Assembly (NCBI GenBank): GCA_964597035.1
Contig: CAZQWM010000008.1
Span: 12,679 to 76,678 of the forward strand
DNA length: 64,000 nucleotides
From: an uncultured Pirellulales bacterium
GTDB taxonomy: Bacteria > Planctomycetota > Phycisphaerae > Sedimentisphaerales > Anaerobacaceae
Direction of reading: 5' to 3'
The notes beneath the pieces were generated by a model. The model saw only the letters and a program-made list of their open reading frames with translations. It was not told where the DNA came from and ran no database searches. Made by a program: the position numbers and the translations under genes. This document shows, one piece after another, positions 26,341-36,200 of the stretch (positions are counted from its first letter, which is position 1; each line of letters opens with the position of its first letter).

Positions 26341-27528
26341 ATGAGCGGCATACTTAACAGCATATACAACAACGTCAGCTTCGCCCTTGCACGGCATTCA
26401 GACGCCCTTACCCGGCTGCAGGAACAGGTCTCAACCGGCTCTCGGATAAATCGTCCGTCGGACGACCCGTCGGCTGCGTATCATATACTCACGCTCAATA
26501 CCGAACAGAGTTCGCTCGAAAATTATATCCAGAAGCTGTCCGACACAATGAGCACGCTTGAGGTCAGCTCGTCTGTTCTCCAGCAAATGAGTTCGGTCAT
26601 CAGCCAGGCAAGGGTTAGTGTCACCCAGATTGCCAGCGGTGTTTACGACGAAGACGGGCGCCAAAGGGCTGCCGAGGCGATTGACGATGTGCTTGAGCAA
26701 CTGGTTCAGCTCGCCAATACAAAACATAACGGTTGCTACCTCTTTGGCGGAGCAAATACCTCTCAGGCCCCGTACGTTGTCGAGCGCACTGATGGCGAAA
26801 TCACCTCCGTCAGTTATCAGGGCAGTCTGGACCAGCGCAACGTCGATGTTGCTCCCGGCGTAACGTCAGCCGCGTATTATGTGGGTGAGGACCTGTTTCG
26901 CTCCTCGCAGCGGTCCACGCCCGAATTCAGCGGCATCACCGGTGCCGCTGCCGGTACGGGAACCTCCAATGTCACCGGAGACGTCTGGCTGACGGTAACA
27001 TTCGACGGCTCGAACTATCAAATTTCAATAGACGACGGTGCCACCTTCGTGACCGTTCCCTCAGGTGGAGACGCAAATCAGCAGGTAACGGATTCCCGAA
27101 CCGGAAAGGTCCTTTACGTTGATACGACCGGGATAGACTCTACCGGCGTCGAGCTTGTTCGTGTCCCCGGGACATACGATATTTTCAGCACGCTAATCAG
27201 TATCCGCGATATACTCAGAAACGACAGGGACCTGTCGGACCAGCAGCTAAACCAGCTTCACAGCGACTCGATGACAGCACTTGAGGAAATAGGGAATCTC
27301 GTCACTCAGAAACAGGTTTCGGTGGGGGCAAAAGTAGGATTCCTCAGTCAGCTCAATGACAGTCTCGAAAGCGTAAAGTACGACGCCGAAGACGAGGTGA
27401 GCCGCCTGGAAGAAGCGGACATTGCCCAGATTGCCATAGACCTGTCGCGTCACGAATTGCTTTACGAGATGTCACTGTCGGTTGCCGGCAAGCTTATGTC
27501 CTTGTCGCTGCTTGATTTCATTGAATAA
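26341..27528 (+). CDS. flgL: hook-associated protein 3 FlgL
   Basis: Flagellin-like N-terminus (LTRLQEQVSTGSRINRPSDDPSAA) and C-terminus (RLEEADIAQIAIDLSRHELLYEMSLSVAGKLMSLSLLDF), in the position after flgK. Confidence 0.85.
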   Translation: MSGILNSIYNNVSFALARHSDALTRLQEQVSTGSRINRPSDDPSAAYHILTLNTEQSSLENYIQKLSDTMSTLEVSSSVLQQMSSVISQARVSVTQIASGVYDEDGRQRAAEAIDDVLEQLVQLANTKHNGCYLFGGANTSQAPYVVERTDGEITSVSYQGSLDQRNVDVAPGVTSAAYYVGEDLFRSSQRSTPEFSGITGAAAGTGTSNVTGDVWLTVTFDGSNYQISIDDGATFVTVPSGGDANQQVTDSRTGKVLYVDTTGIDSTGVELVRVPGTYDIFSTLISIRDILRNDRDLSDQQLNQLHSDSMTALEEIGNLVTQKQVSVGAKVGFLSQLNDSLESVKYDAEDEVSRLEEADIAQIAIDLSRHELLYEMSLSVAGKLMSLSLLDFIE

Positions 27529-27658
27529 CGGGGGTGGGTGTTATCAGGATATTGCCGTGTCGGCGATGTCCCGTGGAAATGTTCGATATTTATACACATT
27601 TTGAGGTTTCTGCGGGTTTGATCGCCCTTGGTGTTGCCTGAGGAGCCGGTGAGGTTGC

Positions 27659-27674
27659 GGGCACGCCGTTTGCA
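27659..27674 (+). promoter_or_regulatory. sigma54-type promoter variant (GGGCAC-N5-TTGCA)
   Basis: Reads GGGCACGCCGTTTGCA. The GG and GC dinucleotides have the canonical spacing. It lies about 80 nt upstream of the ATG at 27755, the first gene of the glycosylation island. Confidence 0.5.
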
Positions 27675-27754
27675 TCGTTTTACGGCGTCAAACCGGGTGC
27701 ATAAAGTCGGTGCACCTGTGTTTTGTTGAAGGTCAGATTAGGGAGCGAAAGTTA

Positions 27755-29188
27755 ATGGAAAACACCAATAATTACTACCAGGAGGGCCTCAAGCTGGCCG
27801 AAGCCGGCCGGCACAAAGAGGCCCTGGAGTGTATGCAGTTGCACCTGAATTCTTCCCCTGACGACGCCCAGGCGATAAACGATGCCGGGGCGATTCTGCA
27901 CTGCCTTGGACGGTCCGAAGAGGCGATAGAATACTTCCGAAGGGCAAGGATTCTCGTCCCGGATTCTGCGGAGATACTCTGGAATCTCGCGGAGGCCTGC
28001 CTGGCCGTTGGAAATGCAAAACACGCCGCCGAGCTTTTCGATGATATGGCGCGCAAGGGTATTCTAAATGCCGATGTTCTCAACAGGACGGCAAACGTCT
28101 TCCTCGACCAGGGCCGCGCGGGCGATGCCATCGAAATGCTCCTTCGTTCGTTACAGGTCTCGCCCAACCAGGAGCTGCTTACGCCTATGCTGAAGGTCAT
28201 ACGAACTAAAAGGCCGAAGGTCGCGTTTTTTTGCGGCGTGAAAGGGGACGTGAAGTTCCTTTCGGACATTTACAGCTTCATCGAGCAGCGGTTCCCGGTC
28301 GAATTTTGTGAAAGCTCCGATGTCAACCGGATACGTGAGGTGATGCAGTCCAGTGATATATGCTGGTTCGAATGGTGCACCGGTATCGTTGCCGCCGCAT
28401 CGAAGCTGCCTAAGGTCTCTAAAAATATTGTTCGCCTGCACCGTTTCGAGGCCTACAGCGACTGGCCGATGAAGACAAACTGGGAGAATATCGATACGCT
28501 TATTACCGTGGGTAACTCCTTCGTAAAGGATGCTCTGTTGCGACAGGTCCCGGCTATCGAAGCTCACACCAGTCTCGTTACAATTCCCAATGGCGTAAAT
28601 CTCGAAAAGTTCAATTTTGGCGAAAAACCGCGAGGCAAAAACATCGCCTGTATCGGCTATCTGAATGTGAGAAAGAATCCGATGTTCCTGCTGCAGTGCA
28701 TGCAAAAGCTGCACTATATAGACCCGCAATACAAGCTGTTTTTCGCCGGAGTTTTCCAGGACGCGGCACTTGAGCAGTATATCCGCCATATGGTCAAAGC
28801 GCTCGACCTGTCTGACGTGGTGTTCTTCGATGGCTGGCGAGACGATGTCAGTGGCTGGCTTGCGGATAAACACTTTATAGTATCCGCCAGCATATCGGAA
28901 AGTCAGGGAATGGGTATTTTGGAGGGGATGGCCTGTGGGCTTAAGCCCGTTGTTCACAATTTCCCCGGCGCTGAGCAGATACTGCCCCCAGAGTTTCTTT
29001 TCAACATCGCCGAGGAGTTCTGCGGGCAGATTTGTTCGGATTCTTACCAGCCGCAGCGATATCGGGCGTTCGTTGAAGAAAAGTATTCGCTTAAGCAACA
29101 GCTAAGCGAAATCAACAAGCTCTTTTTGCGCTTCGGGGCCGAAATAGACGCCCGCAAATCTGCCGTAACTTGTGCTGCTGGAACGTAG
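27755..29188 (+). CDS. TPR-domain + GT-B (GT4-like) glycosyltransferase, FlmG-like architecture
   Basis: N-terminal TPRs (YYQEGLKLAEAGRHKEALECMQLHLNSSPDDAQAINDAGAILHCLGRSEEAIEYFRRA...). C-terminal GT1/GT4-type E-x7-E region (SASISESQGMGILEGMACGLKPVVHNFPGAEQIL). ATG at 27755 with GGGAG 10 nt upstream. Confidence 0.8.
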   Translation: MENTNNYYQEGLKLAEAGRHKEALECMQLHLNSSPDDAQAINDAGAILHCLGRSEEAIEYFRRARILVPDSAEILWNLAEACLAVGNAKHAAELFDDMARKGILNADVLNRTANVFLDQGRAGDAIEMLLRSLQVSPNQELLTPMLKVIRTKRPKVAFFCGVKGDVKFLSDIYSFIEQRFPVEFCESSDVNRIREVMQSSDICWFEWCTGIVAAASKLPKVSKNIVRLHRFEAYSDWPMKTNWENIDTLITVGNSFVKDALLRQVPAIEAHTSLVTIPNGVNLEKFNFGEKPRGKNIACIGYLNVRKNPMFLLQCMQKLHYIDPQYKLFFAGVFQDAALEQYIRHMVKALDLSDVVFFDGWRDDVSGWLADKHFIVSASISESQGMGILEGMACGLKPVVHNFPGAEQILPPEFLFNIAEEFCGQICSDSYQPQRYRAFVEEKYSLKQQLSEINKLFLRFGAEIDARKSAVTCAAGT

Positions 29189-29195
29189 CCCCCAA

Positions 29196-30806
29196 ATGAG
29201 CCGGACGAGCGAAACCAAAAATGGACCGATGGTTAGTGTCCTTGTGCCGACGTTCAACAGGCCCTTGTATCTGGCACAGGCACTTGATTCCGCCGTGCGC
29301 CAGACCTATGCCAATCTGCAAATCATAGTCATAAACGACGGCGGCAGTGACGTCACAAACATAGTTGAATCGTTTAACGACCCACGAATCCTGTTCATAA
29401 ATAAAAATCAAAATTGCGGCAAGGCGGCTTCGCTCAACGTCGCCCTCGAACACGCCGGGGGAAAATACGTGGCTTATCTCGATGACGACGACATCTACTA
29501 TCCGCATCATATTGAAACGCTTGTTGACACCCTGGAGAATCATACCGACTGCGGAGTTGCTTATACCGACCTCTATAAAACATATTACAGACCTGCTCCG
29601 GACGGAAGGAGAATCGCACTGAGCAAAGTCGTCAAGGTCAGCAGAGACTTCGACCGATTCCTTATGCTGTATTACAACCACGTCCTGCACGTAAGCTGTC
29701 TTCATCGTAGGGACCTGCTCGATAAGACGGGGCCTTATAACGAGACGCTCAACGTTCTGATTGACTGGGATATGACACGTCGGCTGGCCTTTTTCTCCGA
29801 TTTCTGTCACGTTCATCAAATTACCGGCGAATACTTTCAGTCCATCGGCGAAAGTGACAGGATATCAATTCAAAAGCGAAAGGACGAAAAAGAATACATC
29901 CGCAACGTGATGACTATTCGCACGACAAGGCCGGCCAGGCCCTGGCCTATGCTCGGGGATTTATCCATAATCTGCACCGCCGACCGCCTCAATCGTCAAA
30001 CAGCCCTTACAATCGGTCTTATTTGCAGACATACTTTCTATCCCAACAAGTTGTATTTGACACTGCCGGGCGAGGATATAGCTCGCCTGAGCACCGATGT
30101 ATCGAATATCGTTACAGTGCCTGTCGACCCGGCCGCAACGCAGCTTCAGCGCATTGACAGGGCGCTTGCCGATTGCGACGCTGACTTCGTAGCCGTGGTC
30201 CCGCCGGATTTTCCAATTCGCGATATGTGGCTGGAGGATTCTCTCTACGCTCTGCTCAACACATCGAATGCTTCTGAGGCGTTTGAGCTTGAGGATTCCA
30301 CGCCTGCCTGTCGTGCGGTAGTTGCGAAAAGAGAACATCTGCAGATCGCTCGCTCCGGATACCCGAATTTACCCATTGAGCAAGGTCTTGTGGCCGCGGG
30401 CGTCGGCCTGCGTCGTCTGCGGCCTGAAGAGATTCCATTCCAGTTTGACACGCTGCTTCAACAGGCACACGAAAACGAAAAGCAGGGCGACTGGAAACAA
30501 GCCGCTAAAATCTATGAGTTCATTGCTGAACATCATCAGAATCAGTTATGGATGAAATCACAGGCTGCTGCCGCCCTGTTTAACGCCGGGGATTTTGGCA
30601 GGGCGACCGAGCTTATCTCGTGGGTAAACAGCCGGCGCCCGACCGTGGATACGCTGATGCTGGAGGCACGGCTTAGACGGCGGGAAAGAGATTTCAAATC
30701 GGCCTTGGTGCTGCTCAATAGGGCCGAAGATATATTAACCTGCCACCTGTCGCCTGAAATTATTGAAGAGCAACAGGCCGCACATACAAACAGCAAACGT
30801 AAATAG
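29196..30806 (+). CDS. GT2 glycosyltransferase with C-terminal TPR-like domain
   Basis: VSVLVPTFNRPLYLAQALDSAVRQTYANLQIIVINDGGSD...YLDDDDIYYPHH is a classic GT-A/GT2 N-terminus with a DxD motif. The C-terminal ~130 aa are TPR-like (GDWKQAAKIYEFIAEHHQN...AAALFNAGDFGRA). Confidence 0.85.
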   Translation: MSRTSETKNGPMVSVLVPTFNRPLYLAQALDSAVRQTYANLQIIVINDGGSDVTNIVESFNDPRILFINKNQNCGKAASLNVALEHAGGKYVAYLDDDDIYYPHHIETLVDTLENHTDCGVAYTDLYKTYYRPAPDGRRIALSKVVKVSRDFDRFLMLYYNHVLHVSCLHRRDLLDKTGPYNETLNVLIDWDMTRRLAFFSDFCHVHQITGEYFQSIGESDRISIQKRKDEKEYIRNVMTIRTTRPARPWPMLGDLSIICTADRLNRQTALTIGLICRHTFYPNKLYLTLPGEDIARLSTDVSNIVTVPVDPAATQLQRIDRALADCDADFVAVVPPDFPIRDMWLEDSLYALLNTSNASEAFELEDSTPACRAVVAKREHLQIARSGYPNLPIEQGLVAAGVGLRRLRPEEIPFQFDTLLQQAHENEKQGDWKQAAKIYEFIAEHHQNQLWMKSQAAAALFNAGDFGRATELISWVNSRRPTVDTLMLEARLRRRERDFKSALVLLNRAEDILTCHLSPEIIEEQQAAHTNSKRK

Positions 30807-30817
30807 GAATCGGCAAA

Positions 30818-31480
30818 ATGTCTGAAAAGCAAACCACCGCAACCGATACTACGCAAAACACAATTGTCGAACAGCCCAATTCGACTCAGCACTATGAGTT
30901 GTTGATGGAGCTGGCTGACTGTCTGACGAGTGTCGGTAAATATGAAGAAGCGCAGCAGCACTACGAGAAGGCGACTTCGCTCGACCCGGATGCTGCGGGA
31001 CCTTACCTCGGCCTGGGTGTTGTCGCCCTGCAGAAAAACCTGCCCGAAGACGCTGCGATTGCCTTCAAGGTTGCCTGCCGGCTTGACCCGGCCTGTGCCA
31101 GGGCCTATGCTGGCCTGGCTATTATCGCGCAACAGCGAGCGCACTACACGGAGGCCTTCCAGATGTATCTTAAATGCCTTGAGCTTGAAAACGACAATCT
31201 GACCGCGCTGCTCGGACTGTTTCAGACATCCTGCCAGATGGGTTCGTTTGAGAAGATAATCCACTACCTTCGTGCGTATCTGAAGATGCATCCCGGCGAT
31301 ACATCGGTTATGTTCGCCCTGGCTGCTTTGTATATGAAAGACGGTCGGCTTGACGAATCCCAAAACCTCCTTCGTGACGTTCTTGCACTACAGCCGGACC
31401 ACAAAGATGCGGCAAACCTGCTCGAAGAGCTTGAACGCGGACCCGCGGAGAAGGCTCAGCCCGGAGTCAACGGCAAATGA
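30818..31480 (+). CDS. TPR-repeat protein
   Basis: 220 aa of consecutive TPRs (GKYEEAQQHYEKATSLDPDAAGPYLGLGVVALQKNLPEDAAIAFKVACRLDPACARAYAGLAII...). Confidence 0.8.
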   Translation: MSEKQTTATDTTQNTIVEQPNSTQHYELLMELADCLTSVGKYEEAQQHYEKATSLDPDAAGPYLGLGVVALQKNLPEDAAIAFKVACRLDPACARAYAGLAIIAQQRAHYTEAFQMYLKCLELENDNLTALLGLFQTSCQMGSFEKIIHYLRAYLKMHPGDTSVMFALAALYMKDGRLDESQNLLRDVLALQPDHKDAANLLEELERGPAEKAQPGVNGK

Positions 31481-31794
31481 GTGTAGAAGAAGAGATGCAA
31501 CTGCTGACTCAACTTACCGAGCTGCTCGAAAAACAGCTCGACCGGGCTCGGCGGGGAAGCTTCACGGATATGGAGCGGTTGGCTGCAAAGTGCGAACCGC
31601 TTGTAGAGAAAATAACGCAAGCCCGACTGCTTGAAAGGCCGGAATACAAAGTCAGCCGGGAGCATCTTGCTGAGCTTTATCATCAGCTTCAGCTTGTGCT
31701 TTCGGCGCAAAAAAACGTTACTGCTGAAAAACTTGGCTCGATTCGCAAAAGTAAGCGCGTTGTCTCGGCCTACCGTGACAATGCGCACCGCTGA
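31477..31794 (+). CDS. small helical protein, FlgN/FliT-like chaperone candidate
   Basis: 105-aa all-helical ORF (LLTQLTELLEKQLDRARRGSFTDMERLAAKCEPLVEKI) whose ATG overlaps the TPR gene stop (ATGA). The resemblance to FlgN-type chaperones is in pattern only. Confidence 0.45.
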   Translation: MSVEEEMQLLTQLTELLEKQLDRARRGSFTDMERLAAKCEPLVEKITQARLLERPEYKVSREHLAELYHQLQLVLSAQKNVTAEKLGSIRKSKRVVSAYRDNAHR

Positions 31795-31800
31795 TTTGAT

Positions 31801-33198
31801 ATGCAGCATAATAAGCCCAATGTCGTTGTTGTATTAGTTGATGCCCTCAGGCCTGACCACCTCTCGTGTTATGGCTATGGCAGACCGACCGGCTCAAGGC
31901 TCAATGAATTTGCAGAACAATCGGTCCTGTTTACGTCGGCTTTTTCCGCATCATCCTGTACGGTCAGCTCCATTCCTTCTATTATCACCGGGCTTTATCC
32001 GTCGTTGCACCGCACGGGTGTGGATGGGAATCTTACGACTCTTTCCGCCGATGTCCCCACCATCGCCGAGGTGCTGAACAGGTCCGGCTATTGCACGGTG
32101 GGATTCAATACCAATCCTTTGGTTTGCGGCAAACATGGTTACAGCAGGGGGTATAGTTGCTATTACGACCTTTTTCCAGAAAAGACTAATATTAAAATAC
32201 CGGCCACCATCGAGTATTCCTGGCAGGGTGTAACTAAAAGGGAGAATGTCGAATTTACTCAGCCGTATGTCTGCAGCGGGGATTTAACAAAGCAGGTCGG
32301 CGCCTGGCTGGACGCAAATGAACGGCAGCCGTTCTTTATGTGGTTGCATTATATGGACACCCACGCGCCATATCTTCCAAGACAACCTCATTTTTCCCGG
32401 TTCTCGGCCGACAAACCCAAAGCAGAGGTTGTTCGCTTTGTCAGACAGCTCAACAGCATATACGACGTACTTCACCGGGACCAGGACCGGATAAGCCCGC
32501 TGGACAGGCAATTGATAATGGACTGTTACGATTCGGAGATAGCGTATTTCGATAGCATGTTTGGCAGGTTGTTGGATTGTTTCCAAAAGCACGGCCTGCT
32601 CGAAAATACCCTCTTGATTGTTACTGCGGACCACGGCGAGGAGTTCTGGGAGCATCAACGATGGGGACATTATGTGAGAATGTTCGATATTAACCTCCGT
32701 GTGCCCCTGATTTTGAGATACCCGCAGTTGCATTCATCGAACAAAATATTATCGCAGCAGGTTCGCAATATCGACATCTTCCCGACTATCCTGGAGATTT
32801 TAAATCTCAACAGCGATTGCCGGATGTCCGGGGTTTCGCTGTTGCCTTGTATCCGCGACGAATATATGGCGGCGCCTTTGCCTGTCGTGGCGGAAGGCGG
32901 GGGGGTGATTCAACTTTTAACGAAAACAAATACTGACCGTATGTATGCACTAAGGACGCCGGAGTGGAAGTATATAAAGAACACCACTCATCCTCAGTCG
33001 CAGCTCTATGACTTGCAAAATGACCCGCAGGAGACCAGCGACCTGTCGGCTGAACCATTCGCTGACGCCACTATGAAGGCCCTTGACCGCCGGTTAACGG
33101 ATTTGTTGAGTTCCGGTGGCGAACGAAAAAATAGTATGCCGCAGCAGGAGATGGATTCCAAGATTATCGCACAGCTCGCACAGCTTGGATACGCATAA
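31801..33198 (+). CDS. sulfatase-family / alkaline-phosphatase-superfamily enzyme (no signal peptide, no C-x-P-x-R motif seen)
   Basis: PNVVVVLVDALRPDHLSCYGY, ...SIPSIITGLYPSLH and LIVTADHGEEFWEH are hallmark segments of the sulfatase/AP fold. No N-terminal signal sequence is present. Confidence 0.85.
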   Translation: MQHNKPNVVVVLVDALRPDHLSCYGYGRPTGSRLNEFAEQSVLFTSAFSASSCTVSSIPSIITGLYPSLHRTGVDGNLTTLSADVPTIAEVLNRSGYCTVGFNTNPLVCGKHGYSRGYSCYYDLFPEKTNIKIPATIEYSWQGVTKRENVEFTQPYVCSGDLTKQVGAWLDANERQPFFMWLHYMDTHAPYLPRQPHFSRFSADKPKAEVVRFVRQLNSIYDVLHRDQDRISPLDRQLIMDCYDSEIAYFDSMFGRLLDCFQKHGLLENTLLIVTADHGEEFWEHQRWGHYVRMFDINLRVPLILRYPQLHSSNKILSQQVRNIDIFPTILEILNLNSDCRMSGVSLLPCIRDEYMAAPLPVVAEGGGVIQLLTKTNTDRMYALRTPEWKYIKNTTHPQSQLYDLQNDPQETSDLSAEPFADATMKALDRRLTDLLSSGGERKNSMPQQEMDSKIIAQLAQLGYA

Positions 33199-33285
33199 AC
33201 GCCCGAGGGGTTTTTACGTGGCACAAGCAGGACGGTAGGGGATGGTTGTGCAACTGGCGGGCGAGCTGACGAGATATAGTAATTT

Positions 33286-36200
33286 GTGAAAATAGCTATG
33301 CACCGAAAGATAAGAGTATTGTTCTCAATTGAGACGGCCGACCCCTGGATTCTCCGCGTTTACAAATCCTTTTACGATGGCTTGGCATCTCTGCCTTATG
33401 AGCTGTTTTGCACGGCTTGTGACGTGAAGGAACCGGCCGGACAGCTTGATGCATACAATATTATCGATTATGCAAAGCTCCCGGATTTGGCACCGGCCTT
33501 GGCTGCCTGTGGACCTGTGGGCACGCCATCCCGGCGTCTGCTCGAACTGGCGCCCGGCTTCGCGCTTTGGGATTCACCACAGCGCCTGCTCGAACGCTTC
33601 GACAGATTCAGGTCGGCTTTTCATATTGTTCAGCCGGACTTGGTCATTGTCTGGAATGGAATGGCGGACATACGACGAATGATAAGGATTTTCCTGTCGG
33701 AGCAGAGCACACCCTTTTTCTATGCCGAAAAGGGTGTGTTGCCTGACAGTTGGTATATAGACGAGGCGGGTATAAATGCCTGTTGTTCGCTTAGGCCGTC
33801 TGTGGCAAACGCCGGCATACCTGAATCTCAGCGGGACAGAGTCGAGCAGTACCTGCAGAATGTCATTAGTTCCGGCTCAAGCGCGTGGCAGCAGCCGGCC
33901 GGAATCAGTGGTGATGCTCTTAGGCGTAAACTCTCTATCGCGGTGAATTCGCCGGTTATTTTCTTCCCGGGTTGGGTGGATGAAGATACCAGCATCACTG
34001 AGCTCTCATGCTTTAAGACCGTGGCCGAGGCGGTCGGTGCCGTCGCCGATGCGATGCCCTCCGGCGCAACCTTGATTGTCAAACCGCATCCAAAATCAAA
34101 AACCGAAAGTCGTCAGCAGCTCCAGGAACTCGCACCGCAATCGCCGAACCTGCGTATCGTAACTGATGCCGATATCTGGGACCTGATTGACGTTGCAGAT
34201 TTGGTTGTATCGATAAACTCCACGGTTGCCTTCGAGTCACTGCTTGGAAAACGTAAATTGCTTCTGTTGGGGGATAATATTTTATCAAAGGTTGGTCTCG
34301 TCGAGAAAGTAAATGTCGCTGAGCTGAAAGACGCGTTAAAGGCGTCTCTTGAGGGTTCGTTCGACAACCGGGTGAATTACTCACGAGTGCTTTCGTTTGT
34401 GAAGTTTTTGCTTGATGATTACTACCTGTTTACAGGATGCAGCTCGGTCCCTCAGTCGGTCTTGTCGAGAATTGACTCGAAGGCAATAAAAGCTTCAGAC
34501 AAAACTTTCAGCGTGGACAAACTCAAAGAAATACTCTACCCGCACGAGAACACGATTTTGCCGTCCGGGCCAGTGACAGGTGAATCGTTTGACCCTGCTG
34601 TTGCTTGTTTTCGCAAGGCAGTTGACCGGTTTGCTGCCGGCAATTTCCAGCAGGCAGTGGAATTGATGGAGCAATACCGCAGGGCAATTGATTACACAAA
34701 GCTGCCACGGACGACTAAAACCCGGAACAAGTCCTCTGATGTTCAGGTCTCGGTTATTATTGTTACGTATAACAGAACTGAAGAGCTGAAAAACTGTCTC
34801 GAATCGCTCAGCAAACAGAACGAGGAGAATTTTGAAGTAGTTATTGTAGATAACGGCGGCACCAACCTCAACGAGCTTGGCAACGACTTCGACCAGTATA
34901 TCAAATGTCCGATGAACTTCAGTCTTTCGGAAGGGCGTAACATCGGCGCCTTCTTTGCTAAGGGGGCGATACTTGCCTTCCTCGACGACGACGCTGTTGT
35001 TGGGCCGGATTATATAAGTTCGATAAGGACGGCCTTTAAAACTTATGACATCTGCGGCCTTCGCGGCAGGGCGCTGCCCAAAAGCAGCCAAAATACGAAT
35101 AATGGCACGAAGGGTTACGACCACGGTCCGAATCCCTTCCCAACGGTCTGCGACCTTGAAGGGGGCTCCGCATTTTCAAGAGAGATATTCCTGTCGATTA
35201 ATGGGATGGACCCATTGCTGTTCGGCCATGAGGGCTATGACCTGACTTACAGAATCGCAAAAAACTCCGATATGCTGAATAGTATTATTTACTGGCCTTA
35301 TACCATCATTTATCATGATGCTCCATCTACCGATTCGCAGGGACAAAAAGACCAGAGATACAGTTTTAACGAGCAGTATTTGCGCTTCAAGCACAGTGAC
35401 CACATCTTCTCCCTGCGGGATGAGATTGAGAAGTGTTATCTGCCCGGCCCTCCCGGCGATGCCTGTCCCGAGCAACCAGTGGTGGGCGAAATCGAACCAC
35501 ATCGAGGGGCCGGCAACGTGACTGCACAGCCATCCCATACCGGCCCGGCTGCGGCGCCGCAGAACGATGTCCCCGTCGCACTCGTAGTTTACAACAGGCC
35601 AAAACACACGCTCGAAGTCTTGAAATCGCTCAGAGGGCACAATGTTCAAAACCTATATATATTCTGCGATGCGCCGAAGCGACCTGAGCACGAACAGGAC
35701 GTCTCGCTGGTCAGACGACTTGTTCACAGCATAAACTGGACAACGCCTGAAATAATCGAGCGTGAGCAAAACTTCGGCCTGGCGAAAAGTATAACCAGTG
35801 CGACCGACTTTGTATTCGAACGGCACGACCGCCTGATTTTACTCGAAGATGACTGTGTTCCTCAGCAGCACTTCTTCGATTTTATGTGCACCTGCCTCGA
35901 AAAATACAAGGACAATCCGAAAGTTTTCGGTGTCGCTGGTTACTCGATATCGATGCCCGATGAACTCCTCCGTGAATATCCTTACGACCTTTACTTTTGC
36001 CCGCGCATTTGCAGCTGGGGCTGGGCCACCTGGAAAAGGGCCTGGAAATATTATGACAGGGACTTGCAAAAACTCGTTGAAGAGGCCAATGAAAGAGGAA
36101 TCGACCTCGCCCAGGGCGGGAGCGAAGTCCAGGTTTTTATCGAAAAATTCTTAAGAGGTCGGCTAAACGACGTCTGGACGCTGAACTGGATTCTTACCGT

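Noticed and set aside
28151-29098. Long antisense ORFs opposite well-supported genes. Examples: 28151-29098(-), 13049-13621(+), 17868-18608(-), 21737-22288(-), 24704-25417(-), 41778-42323(-), 49276-50034(+), 5514-6080(+), 60391-61008(-), 30542-31363(-).
   Set aside because: Each lies fully inside a gene on the other strand whose translation shows clear family motifs. Their own translations are low-complexity (rich in R, S, A and P) with no motifs. They are typical shadow ORFs in GC-biased coding DNA.
33199-33222. CCC-GA-GGG followed by GTTTTT after the sulfatase-family gene as a terminator splitting the island.
   Set aside because: The stem is only 3 bp, which is too weak to call. The giant ORF may still be co-transcribed with the upstream genes.
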